This document shows positions 25,701 through 39,042 of a stretch of 64,000 nt of DNA, piece after piece. The notes under the pieces are model-generated. The model saw only the letters and a program-made list of their open reading frames with translations, was not told where the DNA came from and searched no databases. A program made the translations under genes and the position numbers. Numbering within the stretch: position 1 is the first letter of the stretch; each line of letters starts with the position of its first letter. The DNA comes from Gordius albopunctatus. Its lineage: Eukaryota. The stretch is from positions 2,542,001-2,606,000 of the forward strand of contig OZ193910.1 in the NCBI GenBank assembly GCA_964276515.1, given 5' to 3'.

Positions 25701-28700
25701 GAAGGGAATGATAACGATAAATCCTTGGATGGGGTAAATTTCTCCTCTCTTTGGAATACAACTGAGCCACCACATTTGATTTTTCGCGTAGCGCGGTGCA
25801 AAATCTGTAGAGATTTTTGCCCATTGTTTCCAATTTATATCGCTTTAATGAATAATGCTGCGACTATATTGTACAAATATTGTAGCATAGCAGCCTGAGC
25901 TATATATGTACATTAATTAAAGATCGCGACGATAAATATAAATTAAAAATAATTGAGACTAATATATATTGAAATAGCAAGTTTTCGAATAATAAGACGC
26001 TAAGTGATGTGTTCAAAAGAGTCTCTCTACAAATATTGACAATTGGTGAAACCTGTTATAAATGAACGCGAAACTAGAAAACCAACCCGGTATATATTAA
26101 CCGTGTTGGTCGTTTAATTTTTCGATCTTAGGTATGTCAACTCAGCCCCAGACCCAGCACTTACGGTCAAAATGCTGTCGAACAATATTGGGAAGAAAAT
26201 CCATTAACATCCTCCGATCTCAAATCTTGTTTAAAGAAAAGGGCCTCAGACGCCAATGGGGACAAGACCCGAAGGGTACAGTTCGACCCCTTAGCACTGT
26301 TGTTGGATGCGGCTCTCGAAGGAGAATTAGACTTAGTCATTCAATCCGCAAACAAGGTAGGTTTAATCCTTAATCTAGACTTTTAAATGCCAAGTTCTCT
26401 ATAAATTTCCATAGTTTTTACATTTTGTGAAATGATAAATGAATGATTACCTCGTACTGAGTGCAATTTATGAATTGTTGAGGTATTCAATTCAGCACAT
26501 TTTAAAACTTTTAGGATTAATCAGATACATTTTAAACTCTATTCCTTGCCACACGGTTCGCGATCGAGTCAACTTATTAACTTTAGTTATTTACGGATAA
26601 AAAATGTTGAAAATTGTTTTACCTATTGTAGATATTGTCTAAAAGGAATTTATTTGCAAATGGTCGATGCCAAAAATAAGCGCATGCCATTACTAATTTA
26701 AGGGTCGCTTCCATTTTTTAGGGAAAAAAACTTTGATAAATTGGATGTATTTTTAACCGTTTGATTCTAATTTCTCTCTTAATCTTATTTGTTCGCTTTT
26801 ATTGCTTTTCAATATTAATCGCTAAAATGTGTCAAAACACCCTTGTCCATATATGATTTTTTTCATTTCTTTATAAATTCTGTTGGAAAGGCGGCCGATC
26901 CCAGCGCATCTAACGACGAAGGTATTACTGCTCTGCACAACGCAATTTGTGCGGGCCATTACGATATCTTAAAGTTTTTGGTAGATTTCGGTTGCGACAT
27001 CAACGCCCAAGACTCTGACGGGTGGTACGCTATTCTTCACTTTCATTCCGATACATTTGTGTTGTAAAGAGACGGCTGAGTTATGTTTGCTCGACCTTTG
27101 GTTTTGGTCGACTTAACATAAAGAGACCAAAGCCTTTTTGTGGGTATTTCCTAGTTGACTAGAGTGGGTTTCCCTCGTTTTTGGCCTTAAGGCAAAATCT
27201 GGCGATGAAGCAGTAAAATTGCCGGGACTCGGTGGTAGAAGGCATCCTTCAGAAATTTTGACTTTCGAACGACCTGTTTTTCCTTTAAAATCAGAGTCTT
27301 AATATCAAAATTTGAGCGAATCAGGGGTGAGCCATGAATCTTTAAGTTGGCAGATCTCTCTCCGAGAATTTTTACAAAAAATTAAGGGGCATTCCATGTC
27401 GAACCTTCAAAAGAACGAATTTTGACCAACCATTTTACATTTGGATTATTAAAGTAATTTTTGAAAACTTTAGTCATTTTGGGTCAATATTTTTTAAGTA
27501 TTTATGTCCAAAATTTTGTATGGATTTGCTGTGATTTGATTTGCGATTGATAGTAAGTAGTGTTGTAAAAAGGGGTGGGCGTTTTGTTTAGTCGACCTTT
27601 TGGTTTTACTAAGACTGACTCTGGTCTGTTTTTTAAATTTCGACTAATCCTAGGGGTCCGACTAAGAAAAAGAGACCAAAAATCTTTGGTTCATTGATGT
27701 TTAGGCGACTAAAACCAAAGGTCGATTAAACAAAACCCCGAGCCGTCTCTTTACAACACTACTTGATAGGCAATCATCTATTGCGTTTTATCCATAAAAC
27801 AGGACACCGTTGCATTGCGCGGCTTCCTGCAACAATTTCGACATGATCAAATATCTGGTGGAAAATGGAGCTTCGGTTTTTGCTACGACCGTGAGCGATA
27901 ACGAGACGGCGCTTGAGAAATGTGAAGAGGACGAATACGATTACCATCGTTGTGCCTCCTACCTTTACAGTTTATATTTTATTTTGTGCTATCTAAAAAT
28001 TAGGTTATTTGATTTTTTGGTAAATTCACTTCCTTGAGGTATATTATACGAAGTTTAAACTGAATATAGGCTCTGGTATTTTTTTAAAAAGCTTTTTTTA
28101 TGAAAAAGGTTTATTTAGGAAAAATGATATAAAAACGAAAACAAATACATATAAAATGATTAAAAGGCATAATCAGTTTCATCATCTTATTTGATAATGG
28201 GTATTAGTAGTGTTTCGATCTCGTCTCATCTCGGGAGCGATTATAAAAATCTCGTCTCGGTCTAGAAACTTATCGGTCTCGTCTCGACTTTAAAAAAATA
28301 TATACGGAATAAAAATTTCTCCTCCTTTATTAAAAATATTAAATAAGTGTTAAAAAATTTAAATGGCAAATTTTTATATTTTTTAAAAAACTTTAATACA
28401 CAAACTTTTCAAAGATTTAGCGGGACACGACATCTCATTGACAATATAAAGATATGAATTAATTGATAAGGATAACATTTTCTATGGAAAGTGCAGAATA
28501 AAAAAACTATAAATAAATGTGAAGTATATAAAATTAAATTTTATTGTACTAGCAAATTATAACATTTGTATCAAATTCACTGTTTCTGTCAACTATATAT
28601 AGTCTTAGAAAATTACAAGTTCGCTTATAGTTGATTTAGTTGCATAATTGAGCAAATTGAGAACCTTTATTAACCCTGGGTAAAGCTTCATAGTAGACCT

Positions 28701-31700
28701 TAACACATTTAAGGCAAACGTTTATAAGTCCATGGATATTACCATCATCGATTATAGCCCAGAGTATTTATTGCATGTTTACTATAGCGTTATAAATCAC
28801 AAAATGCGAGTGAGTTTTAATGATAATATTATTATTTACAGAATTGATAACTAGTTTCACATATTAAAACGTTGTAAAAACAACAATAAAAACAGCATTA
28901 TTATGGCATTAAGAACATAAAGTTTTAAACTTTTAGTTAAGTTGCACGTATTTAAATTTATGACAAAAATCATTATAATCAAATTTATATTACAAATAAC
29001 ACGGTTCAACAAGAAAAATCAACCGGCAAACTGTTTGCAGATTCTGGTAGAGTTTTTCACGGTGAACACAAATATGTTTTTAGTTTTTTTCCTATACGTC
29101 AAGTTTTTTAAATATTCGCTGTCAAAGTTGCCAAAAACGCGATTTTAGCGTTTTTCAAACGCCAATAATTTGCAAATAATCCGGTAAAAATTTTGTTTAA
29201 TATATTCAATTCGTAGATATAGGGAAAAATTGTGAATACATTTCTACCCCATATATCTACGAATTAAATCTATTAAACAAAATTTTAACCGATTAATTTG
29301 CAGGTTATTGACGTTTGAAAAACGCTAAAATCGCGTTTTTGGCAACTTTGACAACGAATATTTAAAAAACTTGACGTATAGGGAAAAAACTAAAAACATA
29401 TTTGTTTTCACAGTAAAAAACTCTACCAGAATCTGCAAATAGTTCTCAGGTTGATTTCACAAGTCCATTATTTGTTGACCAGATTAATTAACTTCCAATT
29501 CTAACTATCTTTGCCATTAAATAGTTATTTATCAAATACAGCATAGGTTCGTCTATTTATTTTATATTGCACAATTATAGAAATAAGAGTAAATTTGAAT
29601 GCACCTGCCAACCCAGCTCATAATGTGAAAAGTAATGCATATGACCAAACTATGTATTCGCATAATGTCTTATTAAGGTTCAAAAATTTGGGACGTATAC
29701 TATTAGTTGAAGTATAAAAACTTTTAGAAAAATGATTTAATCTATTATGGTGTCACTCATCGGGAGTAGGAGCTAACTCCCGATGAATTGTCAATAAAGC
29801 CAATCCATTTAATCTATTCTTAGACATAGTATTTCTGAAGTAGGTTTTAGCCTCCTCAGCGTTGAGAACCTTCGTTCATTAGTACACGTTGTGATTGGAA
29901 GGCAGGCTAATAGATATAGAAGAGTCTTTATATTCGGATAAGACGTTTAAAGGATTTCTGCTATGAGATCTTCATTAGTCCCTTGGAGATCATTTGCATA
30001 AAACTCCGATAGAAAATTTATTTTTAATCGCGTTTCTGGTGAAAAAAGGAATTTTGGGGAAATAAAATTTGGAAATTTTCCAAAACTTGTTTCTTGTCCA
30101 GAAACCGTTCATTCAATTGTATAATAAAAATATCAAGTAATGGTATAAATATAGTAATTTTGTAGTAGTCTTGAATGGATTCAGTATTAATGTTACTTCT
30201 ACAAGTTTTTTTTTTGCAAACCGAGGTTTTTTGAGCTCGAAATCATACAACTTGGCCTTGTCTTCAGCGACTAAAAAAACTTGTTGAAACTCTTCATCAA
30301 CGTTGTTTCTGATACATTTCATTTAATCTAATAAAGTATCCGCCAACCGTGTAACTTGTTGAAGATCCAAGTCATTTTTTTGCAACTGCTTGCATAAAAT
30401 AGATGTGTAGCCAAATAGTTTATTCATGCATAAAAGGGAAATTAAATACTCTGACTGCCGTAGAGAAGTGAGCAACATCGCAGCTTCTGTTGCAACATCG
30501 TGGTCATACTAGATTGAAATCTTTTCCAGTGCTGGATATATGGCATCCTGAAGTAAAATATGGGTGGAAACAGCATCGTGCCGTGATGCCCAGCGGGTCG
30601 CACACATTTGCTTTAATTTTTCTATAGGAGGTTTGTCTTCCAATTTTGACATTTTTTCATTACTACAGTTAACTTATAATAAGTTTTATCTTTTATCTGC
30701 AAAATTTGTCTAGTTTTTATTGAGTAGTTTTTAAGTGAAACAATGTTTTCTGGAAATTTTTTTAGTAGCCGAGGCAAAGGCTAAGTTGTATGATTTTGAC
30801 TTTAAGAAACCTCGATATGCAAAGAAACAAACTTGTCGAAGTAATATTTTAACTGAATCCATTGAGGATTATTACAAAATCACTATTTTTATACCTTTGC
30901 TCGATATATTAATTCTACAACTCAATGAACGGTTCGTGAACAAGAAACAAGTTTTGGCAGTTAATTTCCAAATATTATTTCCTTTGAATTCTTTGCTTAT
31001 TTCGCCAGAAACGCGGATGAAAATAAACTTTCTATGGGACTTCCTTAAATCAGAATTTGATAGTATATGGTATATGGCGTTGTCTCGGACGTCAGAAGAA
31101 CTTCGTCCAAAGAATCCCTTTGACGCCCTATCAGGTTATAAAATATTGGAATCCTCACCCAACATCACAACTCTTCTTTACCTCTTAGCTTGTCTTCCTA
31201 TCATCACTACATGCACCAATGAAAGAAGTTTCTCAACGTTGAGGAGACTTGAAACGTATATAAGAAATACTATGTCGAAAAATAGATTAAAAGGATTGGC
31301 CCTTTTAGCGATTCATCGGGAATTAGCTCCCACTCCAGATGAAGTTCTTGAGATATTTTCGTTGGGAAAAAGAAAATATAAAATTATTTTATAATGACTT
31401 TCTCTATGTTTTATATCAGATTTTATATTCCCCCGTAGAAAATTCTGGCTACGCGCCTGGGCTAGGTTGTTAAAAAATCTCAGACAATCTTATCTTAACT
31501 TTTATAATTATCGCATCATACAGGATGAGAAACTGAAAAATTTAAATACGCCCTAATAAATCATGAAAATTCAAAACAATAATTTACTAAAATCTAAGGA
31601 TCAATCAAAAGTCGAGATCTCGCAGAAAAAATCTCGTCTCGTCTCAACATCAAAATTCTACTCTCGATCTCGACTCCATTTTTCAAATCGAGATTTTTCT

Positions 31701-32768
31701 CGGTTTTTCCGCATCACTAGGCATTAGTCCATCAGGGAACAAAAATTGATATTTGCAATAGCAATTGATTATATTAGTAGCTATAAAAATTTTAATAGTT
31801 TTTCACTAGCATTGCTATTGCAAAAACTAATTTTTATTATGTAATGGATTCACTGCTAATTCCCAAAGAAGATAAAGAAACTGAAGATGCCTTTTAATAC
31901 TTTTTTCATAGTTTTTTTCTTTTTATATCCTTTTTTAAACATTATTAAACACTTTTTACAATTTTGATAATAAAACATTATCGAATGGGCCAGAAAAAAC
32001 TTTTTCATAAAAAAGTAGGCAATCATATCTCCTTAATATGACTAGTCTTTAATCCTAATACGCCCTAAACACAGACAAACGCTATTTCGGGTTTTTAAAA
32101 TTAGTTTTTTCATTAATCCCGTATCACAGGAATTCAAGAGAATACGGGTGTAGCCAACGAAGGCCGAGTGTTCGCGTTATACGATTTTCAAGCCAAAGAA
32201 TTGGACGAATTGACGTTTAGTTTGGGTGAAACACTCGTTATAAGAGATCGGGACAGAGACGAAAATTGGTGGGCAGCTTCAAATCTTGCGGGGCAATCTG
32301 GATTCGTACCCAAAAATTATATCGGGGTATTTGTTGAGCAGCGATCTATTATTTTGTTGACATGATGTTTACCAAGTTTTGTGCCACTGCAACACAGTAA
32401 TTTTTATTTGTAATTTACAAGGTTATAGGTTAAATCAAATAGAACTTAACCACCATAAAAGCGAACTCAATCTAATTTGGCTTTATATATATGTTTATTT
32501 CTATAAGTATGTGACTAAGAAATTTACTATGGTATACTGATGAGATCCAATAAGAGCTAATAAGTTTGTGTCTTAGATGGCATGTTAATCAGAGTTATTA
32601 TAATTTGATTTTCGGTTACCACCCGTCGTAAATCGGGCTGTCTTCACATAAACCGGAACTGTATTCAAATTCTTATTTCAACATTACATTAAAGCAAAAA
32701 TGTATATTGTCAACTATACGTATTAGCTTTACAAACGGATATTGTGGAAGCCTACGAAAGATCAATGA
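19767..32768 (+). CDS. ASPP: ASPP family (apoptosis-stimulating protein of p53 / PPP1R13-like) ankyrin-repeat + SH3 protein, about 889 aa from this ATG; the 5' end may extend further
   Basis: Exons: 19767(acceptor at 19746)-19887, 20352-20479, 21612-21720, 22255-22439, 22933-23134, 23828-24116, 24863-25733, 26132-26356, 26891-27024, 27803-27969, 32130-32326, 32727-32768, all phase-consistent. Hallmarks are [23 protein letters not shown] (PP1-binding RVxF), [31 protein letters not shown], the SH3 domain [17 protein letters not shown]...WW...GFVPKNYIG and the LYKRI tail. N-terminal exons are less certain than C-terminal ones. Confidence 0.9.
27558..27761. mobile_element. MITE with TAGTGTTGTAAA TIRs
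   Basis: TAGTGTTGTAAAAAG...CTTTACAACACTA. Related copies at about 21750-21875, 23520-23620 and 35610-35795. Confidence 0.7.
29015..29457. mobile_element. Foldback MITE with about 210-bp inverted arms
   Basis: 29015-29224 is a high-identity reverse complement of 29247-29457. Partial copies at about 20800-20980, 21380-21560 and 36875-37050. Confidence 0.85.
29750..30620 (-). pseudogene. Degenerate hAT transposase fragment (THAP12/ZMYM1-like), C-terminal half
   Basis: Encodes [17 protein letters not shown] (TRW motif) and [14 protein letters not shown], with stops and frameshifts. Confidence 0.8.
30735..31459 (+). mobile_element. hAT transposase C-terminal fragment with dimerisation domain and right terminus
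   Basis: Encodes [18 protein letters not shown] and [46 protein letters not shown]. It is followed by the terminus CTGGCTACGCGCCTG. Confidence 0.85.
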
Positions 32769-34784
32769 TCGATTTCCGTTGCGTAAAAGACAATTACATC
32801 CTTTGAATCAATTAAATAACAATCATATATTATACCTAAATATATTTGTATATAAACACCTTTTTGTTATGTAATTTATTTATTATTGTAAAGCACTTTG
32901 CAAATCTGTATATGTACCGTATGACGACGACATAAAAGCAAAATATATATAAATTTATAATGCCTTGCCTGATCAAATATAATTTTTTTCCGAGGAATTC
33001 ACATCTGAAATCGATTTTTTAACTACATCCTTTTGCGTTGGGGACGGATTAACTAAATTCTTTGGCCGCAAAATACATGGGCTATATTTTTTAAATTTCC
33101 TTCATTAAAGCTGTTTTGGGGATAATTTTTAAGTAAATGAAGTCGTTAATATATGTCCTCGCGCTCAAATTCAACACTAAGTTAGGAGTTTGAAAATATT
33201 GAAATTGGTTGCTGCATCTAATAAAGTACATAATCAATCAAGTTAAAATGTGTTTCAACATGCTTCCGATTGTCGCGATTAAAAGTCTAAACTTCAATAG
33301 AGAGGGTTAAACGCTAGTCAAATGATTACGAGGCATTGTGAATCTGTGCAAAAAATTGGCTCGTTAAAGTTGGCAATTATTTCGCCACATATATTTTGGC
33401 ATTTATGGTATCTTAACTTCATATAAACAAAAATTAATTTTTTGGCTGAAAATAAATGGCAATCACTGCTAGTTGGCTTTAAATTTTTCCATCTCGCCCA
33501 ACCCAATATCCATTATTGTTTACGGGCCCGACTTACCTTTACATATAAATTTCTTTCGGTTATTTCTCTAATTTGTTGCTTTATAACGGAGGACAGCGGA
33601 ACTGGCTATATTTTAGCAAAAATATTTAATACCTAAACGGACACGATTATTGCAAATTAGAAAAGGTCTTTTAAATGTTGACAGTACTTCGCTATAATTA
33701 CGATTGGAAAGAAAAAAGTATGTGGAAAATATGCTAGCCTATTATGCGCAATTTGGGTTTATTATAAACTTATACTGGAAAAGACTTTAATTCTGCCGTA
33801 TAAAGACTAGCTAATGACCCGTGATTGGCTCTAATTATTTCGGCATCGCCCCAGCCTAAATTCCAATTTTGTGCCGACGGATTACTTTTTCAATTTTTCT
33901 TGCCAAATTGTCTAGCTTGTTGCCTGATAACGGATGATTGCGAAACTGGCTAAGTAATTCCCTATAAATAATTGACGACCTTTGCCTACTTCCAAATTGT
34001 TTGACCGTGGCCCGACGTCAATATCCTTTTAAGTTTATCTTATATTTTGCCGTTTGTTTTCGTAAATCTTACTTTTTGAAGCTCGCTCCGTATTTAATTT
34101 GTCTGACCCAGGCCCGAGGCCAAAACTAAGATTTTGTCGCAAACATGCTTATAACCACTGTTCAAATTTAATTTGTTATGACCCCGCGAAAAGGCCAAAA
34201 TCCATTTTTATTCTTGGCCCGCATCTTTGAATACCTTTGGTGCAAACATACATTTTTGCCTCAAAAAAAAAATTGGACTCAAATAATGACTATTCCTCGC
34301 CCAAAGACCAACCATTTCTTTTTTAGGGTGTTACTTGATTCGTAATCTTTTGTGACCTTTTTTTAATTTCTCCGACAAATTACCTTGACATAATTCTTTG
34401 TAAATTCTAAGAACTGCGATATAACAGTTAATTAAATGACATTACGTGAAGAATTAAAGGAGATTTAGTATGAAATTTTCGCTAAAAAATATCTGGCTGG
34501 TATGGAATAGGCTATCATGAGCACAGTTTTTGAAATACAAAGTTAAATCATTCATACTTCACTATGTATTATTTAAGCTTTAATATAACAACCATGGCAA
34601 AAAATTTAAAAGAAATGGAAGGGGGATGGCTTTTAAAAATTTATTAATAAAATATTCAAATAATTTTATAGGATCAATTGTAATCAAAAGTTTTAAGGCT
34701 ACGAAAAGATTTTGAGTATCAACATAAATGTTTTATGTCTATAGTTGTCATATTTTTCAATTACACCTTTAAACATTTTAATCA

Positions 34785-37700
34785 TTATTCCCGAGAGAAA
34801 AATATTTTTTCCGTATTTTCATAAATTTGCGCAGCTAATTTTGTCAAATCCGGTTCTTTTTTAACGGCCGCCAGTACTTCCAAAACCTGGACGATCGTGC
34901 AGGGTTCATTTCTCCCTTTAACGAGGCAATTCGGGTCGTATTTTTCCTTTTTCTTGCTGGGGAAATGGGTTTTAACGTATTTATAACTCGCGTGAGACGG
35001 CTTAATTTCACACCAAGGGGCATCTGCCACCATATAATAATGAAAGTAAGAATAAGAAAGCTAAAACAAATTCATAAATTTAAATAACGAAAGTTATTTG
35101 AAGATGATAATAATTACCTTATTTAGGAGTGCCTCGATAAACTTAAAAGTAGGCTCTAATTAGCGCCATCTATCGGCAATTTCAATTAGAGATTAATTTG
35201 ATTATACATATCCCCAACTTTTTGAGCATGTGACACGAAAATGATAACAGACATATAACGTTTCGGCTCTTATTAAAGCTCATCAGTTTGCGGCACTCCT
35301 AAAGGAGGTATTTATCATTTTCTCTTAAATTATTAATAAACCCAAAATATATATTAATTAATTTCGAATATAACGCAAGGTATTAAGAAAAATCAATGAA
35401 AAAACCGACCAGTTTCTATCATTATCCTATCGATTGGGATTTGGCTAGCTACCCTAAGGTTTTCCTCCGTTTTAAGGGAGCATCCATTGATTCCTATGTA
35501 AATGTTGGGAGCTAAATTTATGCAATCTTCCATTTCCGCGAGCGTACCAGTGAAGGAATGGACCTAAAAGGGAGCACCATAAATGTGTTTAAACACTGTT
35601 TTGCCGTGGCAGTGTTGTAAAAACGGCTAGGTTTAATTAGGGCGACCTTTGGGTTTAATCGGCTAAACATAAAAAATAGACCAAAGGTTTTTTGTCAAAC
35701 TTTTGGTCTATTTACGCGACTAAGAAAAGGAGAGCGAAAAATCGTTAGTTTGTTGATGTTTAGTCACTAAAACGACAGCCCTTTTTACAACACTAGTGCA
35801 CGGAAGACACCTAGACAGATAGACTGCTCATGCCATATGTGTTGAATTGTGTGTCAAATTGCCGTCCATTTTGAAGACAACGACTGATGTATTTCATTTT
35901 CAACCACGTCATTTTGTGCTATAACAGTCAATTTACCTTCCTCACTAGTTTATAATTTTGAACGAACGCCAATAAATTAATATCACACAAAATATAGATG
36001 GCGTTATATTGTTAAACAAACTTTCGTCACAGTTTTTACATGATATTTATTTTAGAATGCTGTTTTTGATATCTACCCATTATAATATTTTTCTTCATTT
36101 ATTTTTTAAGGATTATAGAATTTACAAAGATTACTAATATCGATATAATCACTACACTACCACGTTATCATTAAAATGGTGGAAAAAGGTTTAAACATTT
36201 TGTGCGTGGATGAGCAGTCTATCTAGTCAATAGGTAGAAATAGCCTGTCCATTTCAAACAACTTACGACGGCTCCGGGGGAAAGGCTACCCATATTCCTC
36301 ATCAAAATATCCATGAAATCGGAGTGACAATTACGACAGTGCAAAAATAGCGGGAGATCATGCAACTTAGCGAGGCCCAGTTGTTTTTCGAAATATCTTA
36401 AAGGTTGCAACATAAAAAATGTGTGTTATTTTTCACAGTCCAAATTTCACGATTAAAAGATATGACCCGCACAAAATATTTGAAATGTATTTAAAATGGG
36501 GGAAATTGTTACTTGAGTTGTATTTCTTTCGGACAAAAATGGAGGCGATCATAATCTATTAAATAGTGATGCAAGGATTAACTAAGAGACACATACAAAT
36601 AAATTATAAATAATTTATGGCACAACATTAGGAAAAAATATCTCTGAAAAATAGTTTGATAACTAAGAACCTGCCCAATTAATAGAAATACTACCTTAGG
36701 TGAGCGACACAATTTGAGGACCGTATTGAGCAATAATATAACTTAGCTCCCTAATTGTTAGGCAAAAAACACGATAGTTCCTACATAACACGGAATGATT
36801 AAAGACATATGACGTAGTCAAAACGAGCTTAGTACATAGTGGCACAAAGATTATGCCCTTAAATGGGTGTTTGACCGGCAAACTGTTTGCAGATTCTTGT
36901 AGAGTTTTTCACCGTTAACACAAATATGTTTTTCCTTTTTCCCCCCTATACGTCAAGTGTTTTAAATTTTCGCTGTCAAAGTTGCCAAAAACAACGATTT
37001 TATCGTTTTTTAAAACGTGAATAGCTTGCAAATTAATCGGTAAAAATTTTCAATTTTGATGAGCTACACAGTTGTGCGGGAATAGGTTTCTTTTTTAAAT
37101 TGATCATATTTTGAATATTAGACAATTTGGGAAATGTATGGATTTATATTAGAAATTAGTTAATAAATTGCGGGTTTTCGATAATAATCTGAAGATATTA
37201 ATAACCCCTTTCAGGAGTGCCGCAATTAAATTAAAAGTATCCCCTAATTAGCGCCATCTATAGGCAATTTTAATTAGAGACTAATTTGAACTATATATAT
37301 CCCTATCTTTTTTAGCACGTGACTCGAAAAGGAGGATACTTTTAATTTAGTTGCGGCACTCCTGAAAGGGGTTATTATTATCTTCTGATTAATAGGGATA
37401 GATGTAACTAAAAATCTGACAAATTCATAAAACGTACTTTTGACTTACAAGCATTTTTAAAGTGACATTTGGAACTTTTGCATAAAGTCACAATTGCATT
37501 GAAAGAAGTAATAAAAAAATTTTATTTGAAAAATTTATAGAAAGGTGATTTTTAAATATTTTTCTACTATGGAACTATAAAAAATCTATAAGTGTATAAA
37601 AAAGATTGAAACAAATAAATACAATAAATTCTTCAATTATAGAAATTTGTAATTATAGCCTTATTTTAACAAATTAAATTTGGCTCACACATAAATGAAA

Positions 37701-38620
37701 TTGAAAGAAAGCTATAAAATTAAAATCAATTATTGATAAACTTTAAAAAAATTTGAACAATGTAAAGAAAGAATAATTAACTGAGGCTCAAATTAAAGTA
37801 TATATAAATGGATTATTTAACAAAAACTTATTTATACAAAAAGCATTAACAATATGGAAACATTAAAATACTAACTAAGCCATTTTTAATTTTTTTGTCA
37901 CAGATATATTTTAATTGATAATAGATTAGAATGCTTTATAGATTAAATTAATAAATAATTCTACTGATATGGTTAAAATTAAAAATATTTTAGAAGTAGA
38001 TAACAGATTAGCTTTCAAATAAAAATTAAGGCATGTCATGTTATTTTAAGAAATATATACTTTTAAAATAACTAATTATACAATATTACCTAATCCACAT
38101 TCACCTATAGCAACAATTTTTTGTGGCCTGGATTTAATGAGATATGATAATTGGTTTAAATAATTATCAGGATTTGATTCAAATTCTTGACATCGGGTAG
38201 GGTGACAACCAACTGTGACATAAATGTTTTCTAGAGCAGAATATAATTAAACTATATATTATTTTAACAAATTTAAAAGCAAATGATGATATACCAGCAG
38301 TGTCTGAGACATTTATTGCTGCTTTTGAATCTATCAAGGATCCACCTGTACATATTAACTATATTTACTTATATTTCTATCATAATTAAGGAATTTAAAA
38401 TAAGATTACCTTAGAAATCCCGTTCTCAAATGCCCTTTCGATTACTATTTTTATATCAGGAATGTGACACTTTTTTCCGTGGTACAACCCTTGATACATT
38501 TCATCTAACGCTCATTTTAGGTAAATATAATTTTTATTCTTACCGGTTAAGTTGGCTCCTATATCTATTTTACAATAATTATAAAATTTAAATTTAAAAA
38601 TCACCTATAAATCTTTTCAT
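34785..38620 (-). CDS. TATDN1: TatD DNase domain-containing protein 1, 9 exons
   Basis: Exons (minus): 38620-38605, 38564-38544, 38504-38410, 38358-38295, 38230-38090, 36555-36513, 36396-36267, 35563-35410, 35023-34785. Motifs: [69 protein letters not shown]-like [18 protein letters not shown]. Confidence 0.96.
37205..37371. mobile_element. MITE with about 40-bp TIRs (CCCCTTTCAGGAGTGCCGCAA), in a TATDN1 intron
   Basis: Near-perfect inverted termini flanked by TAA/TTA. A diverged copy lies at about 35116-35310. Superfamily not resolved. Confidence 0.75.
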
Positions 38621-38833
38621 AATATTTTCCGTATGTTATTTTTGAATTTACGGTGCCCCATCAACTCGCCAAAAATATCTCGCCGATTATAAACTAGAAA
38701 GACTGCTCGTACCATATGTTCCATATGGTAAATTTTGTGTCGCTTTTTCCTATATTTTTATGATAAGAACCGGTTACCATACAATTTTTTTATGGCTGTG
38801 CGCTTTTAAACAATATTTTACATAATATGTAAG

Positions 38834-38981
38834 CATGGGCGTAGCTAAGGGGGAGGCTGCCTTCTTTTATATCCAAAAATATGTTAAAATTGTGGCTAAT
38901 TCCTCAAAAAACTATTATTTTGCCCTTTCCTAAATTATTATTGCCCCCCCCCCTTTAATCCCAATGCTTGCTACGCTCATG
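38834..38981. mobile_element. hAT-type MITE (CATGGGCGTA family) upstream of TATDN1
   Basis: CATGGGCGTAGC...GCTACGCTCATG. No TSD recognisable. Confidence 0.75.
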
Positions 38982-39042
38982 GCTGCATTATATCGCTGTT
39001 TAAATCCTCCACCACCTTGCGTCCCGCACCCTTACGTGTGTG

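Larger units (their letters stand above)
28208..31719. mobile_element. Non-autonomous hAT-like element (3.5 kb) with (CGTCT)n subterminal repeats and nested insertions, in an ASPP intron
   Basis: Left end TAGTGTTTCG, right end CGCATCACTA. Flanking 8-mers GGTATTAG and GGCATTAG form a 7/8 TSD. Confidence 0.7.
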
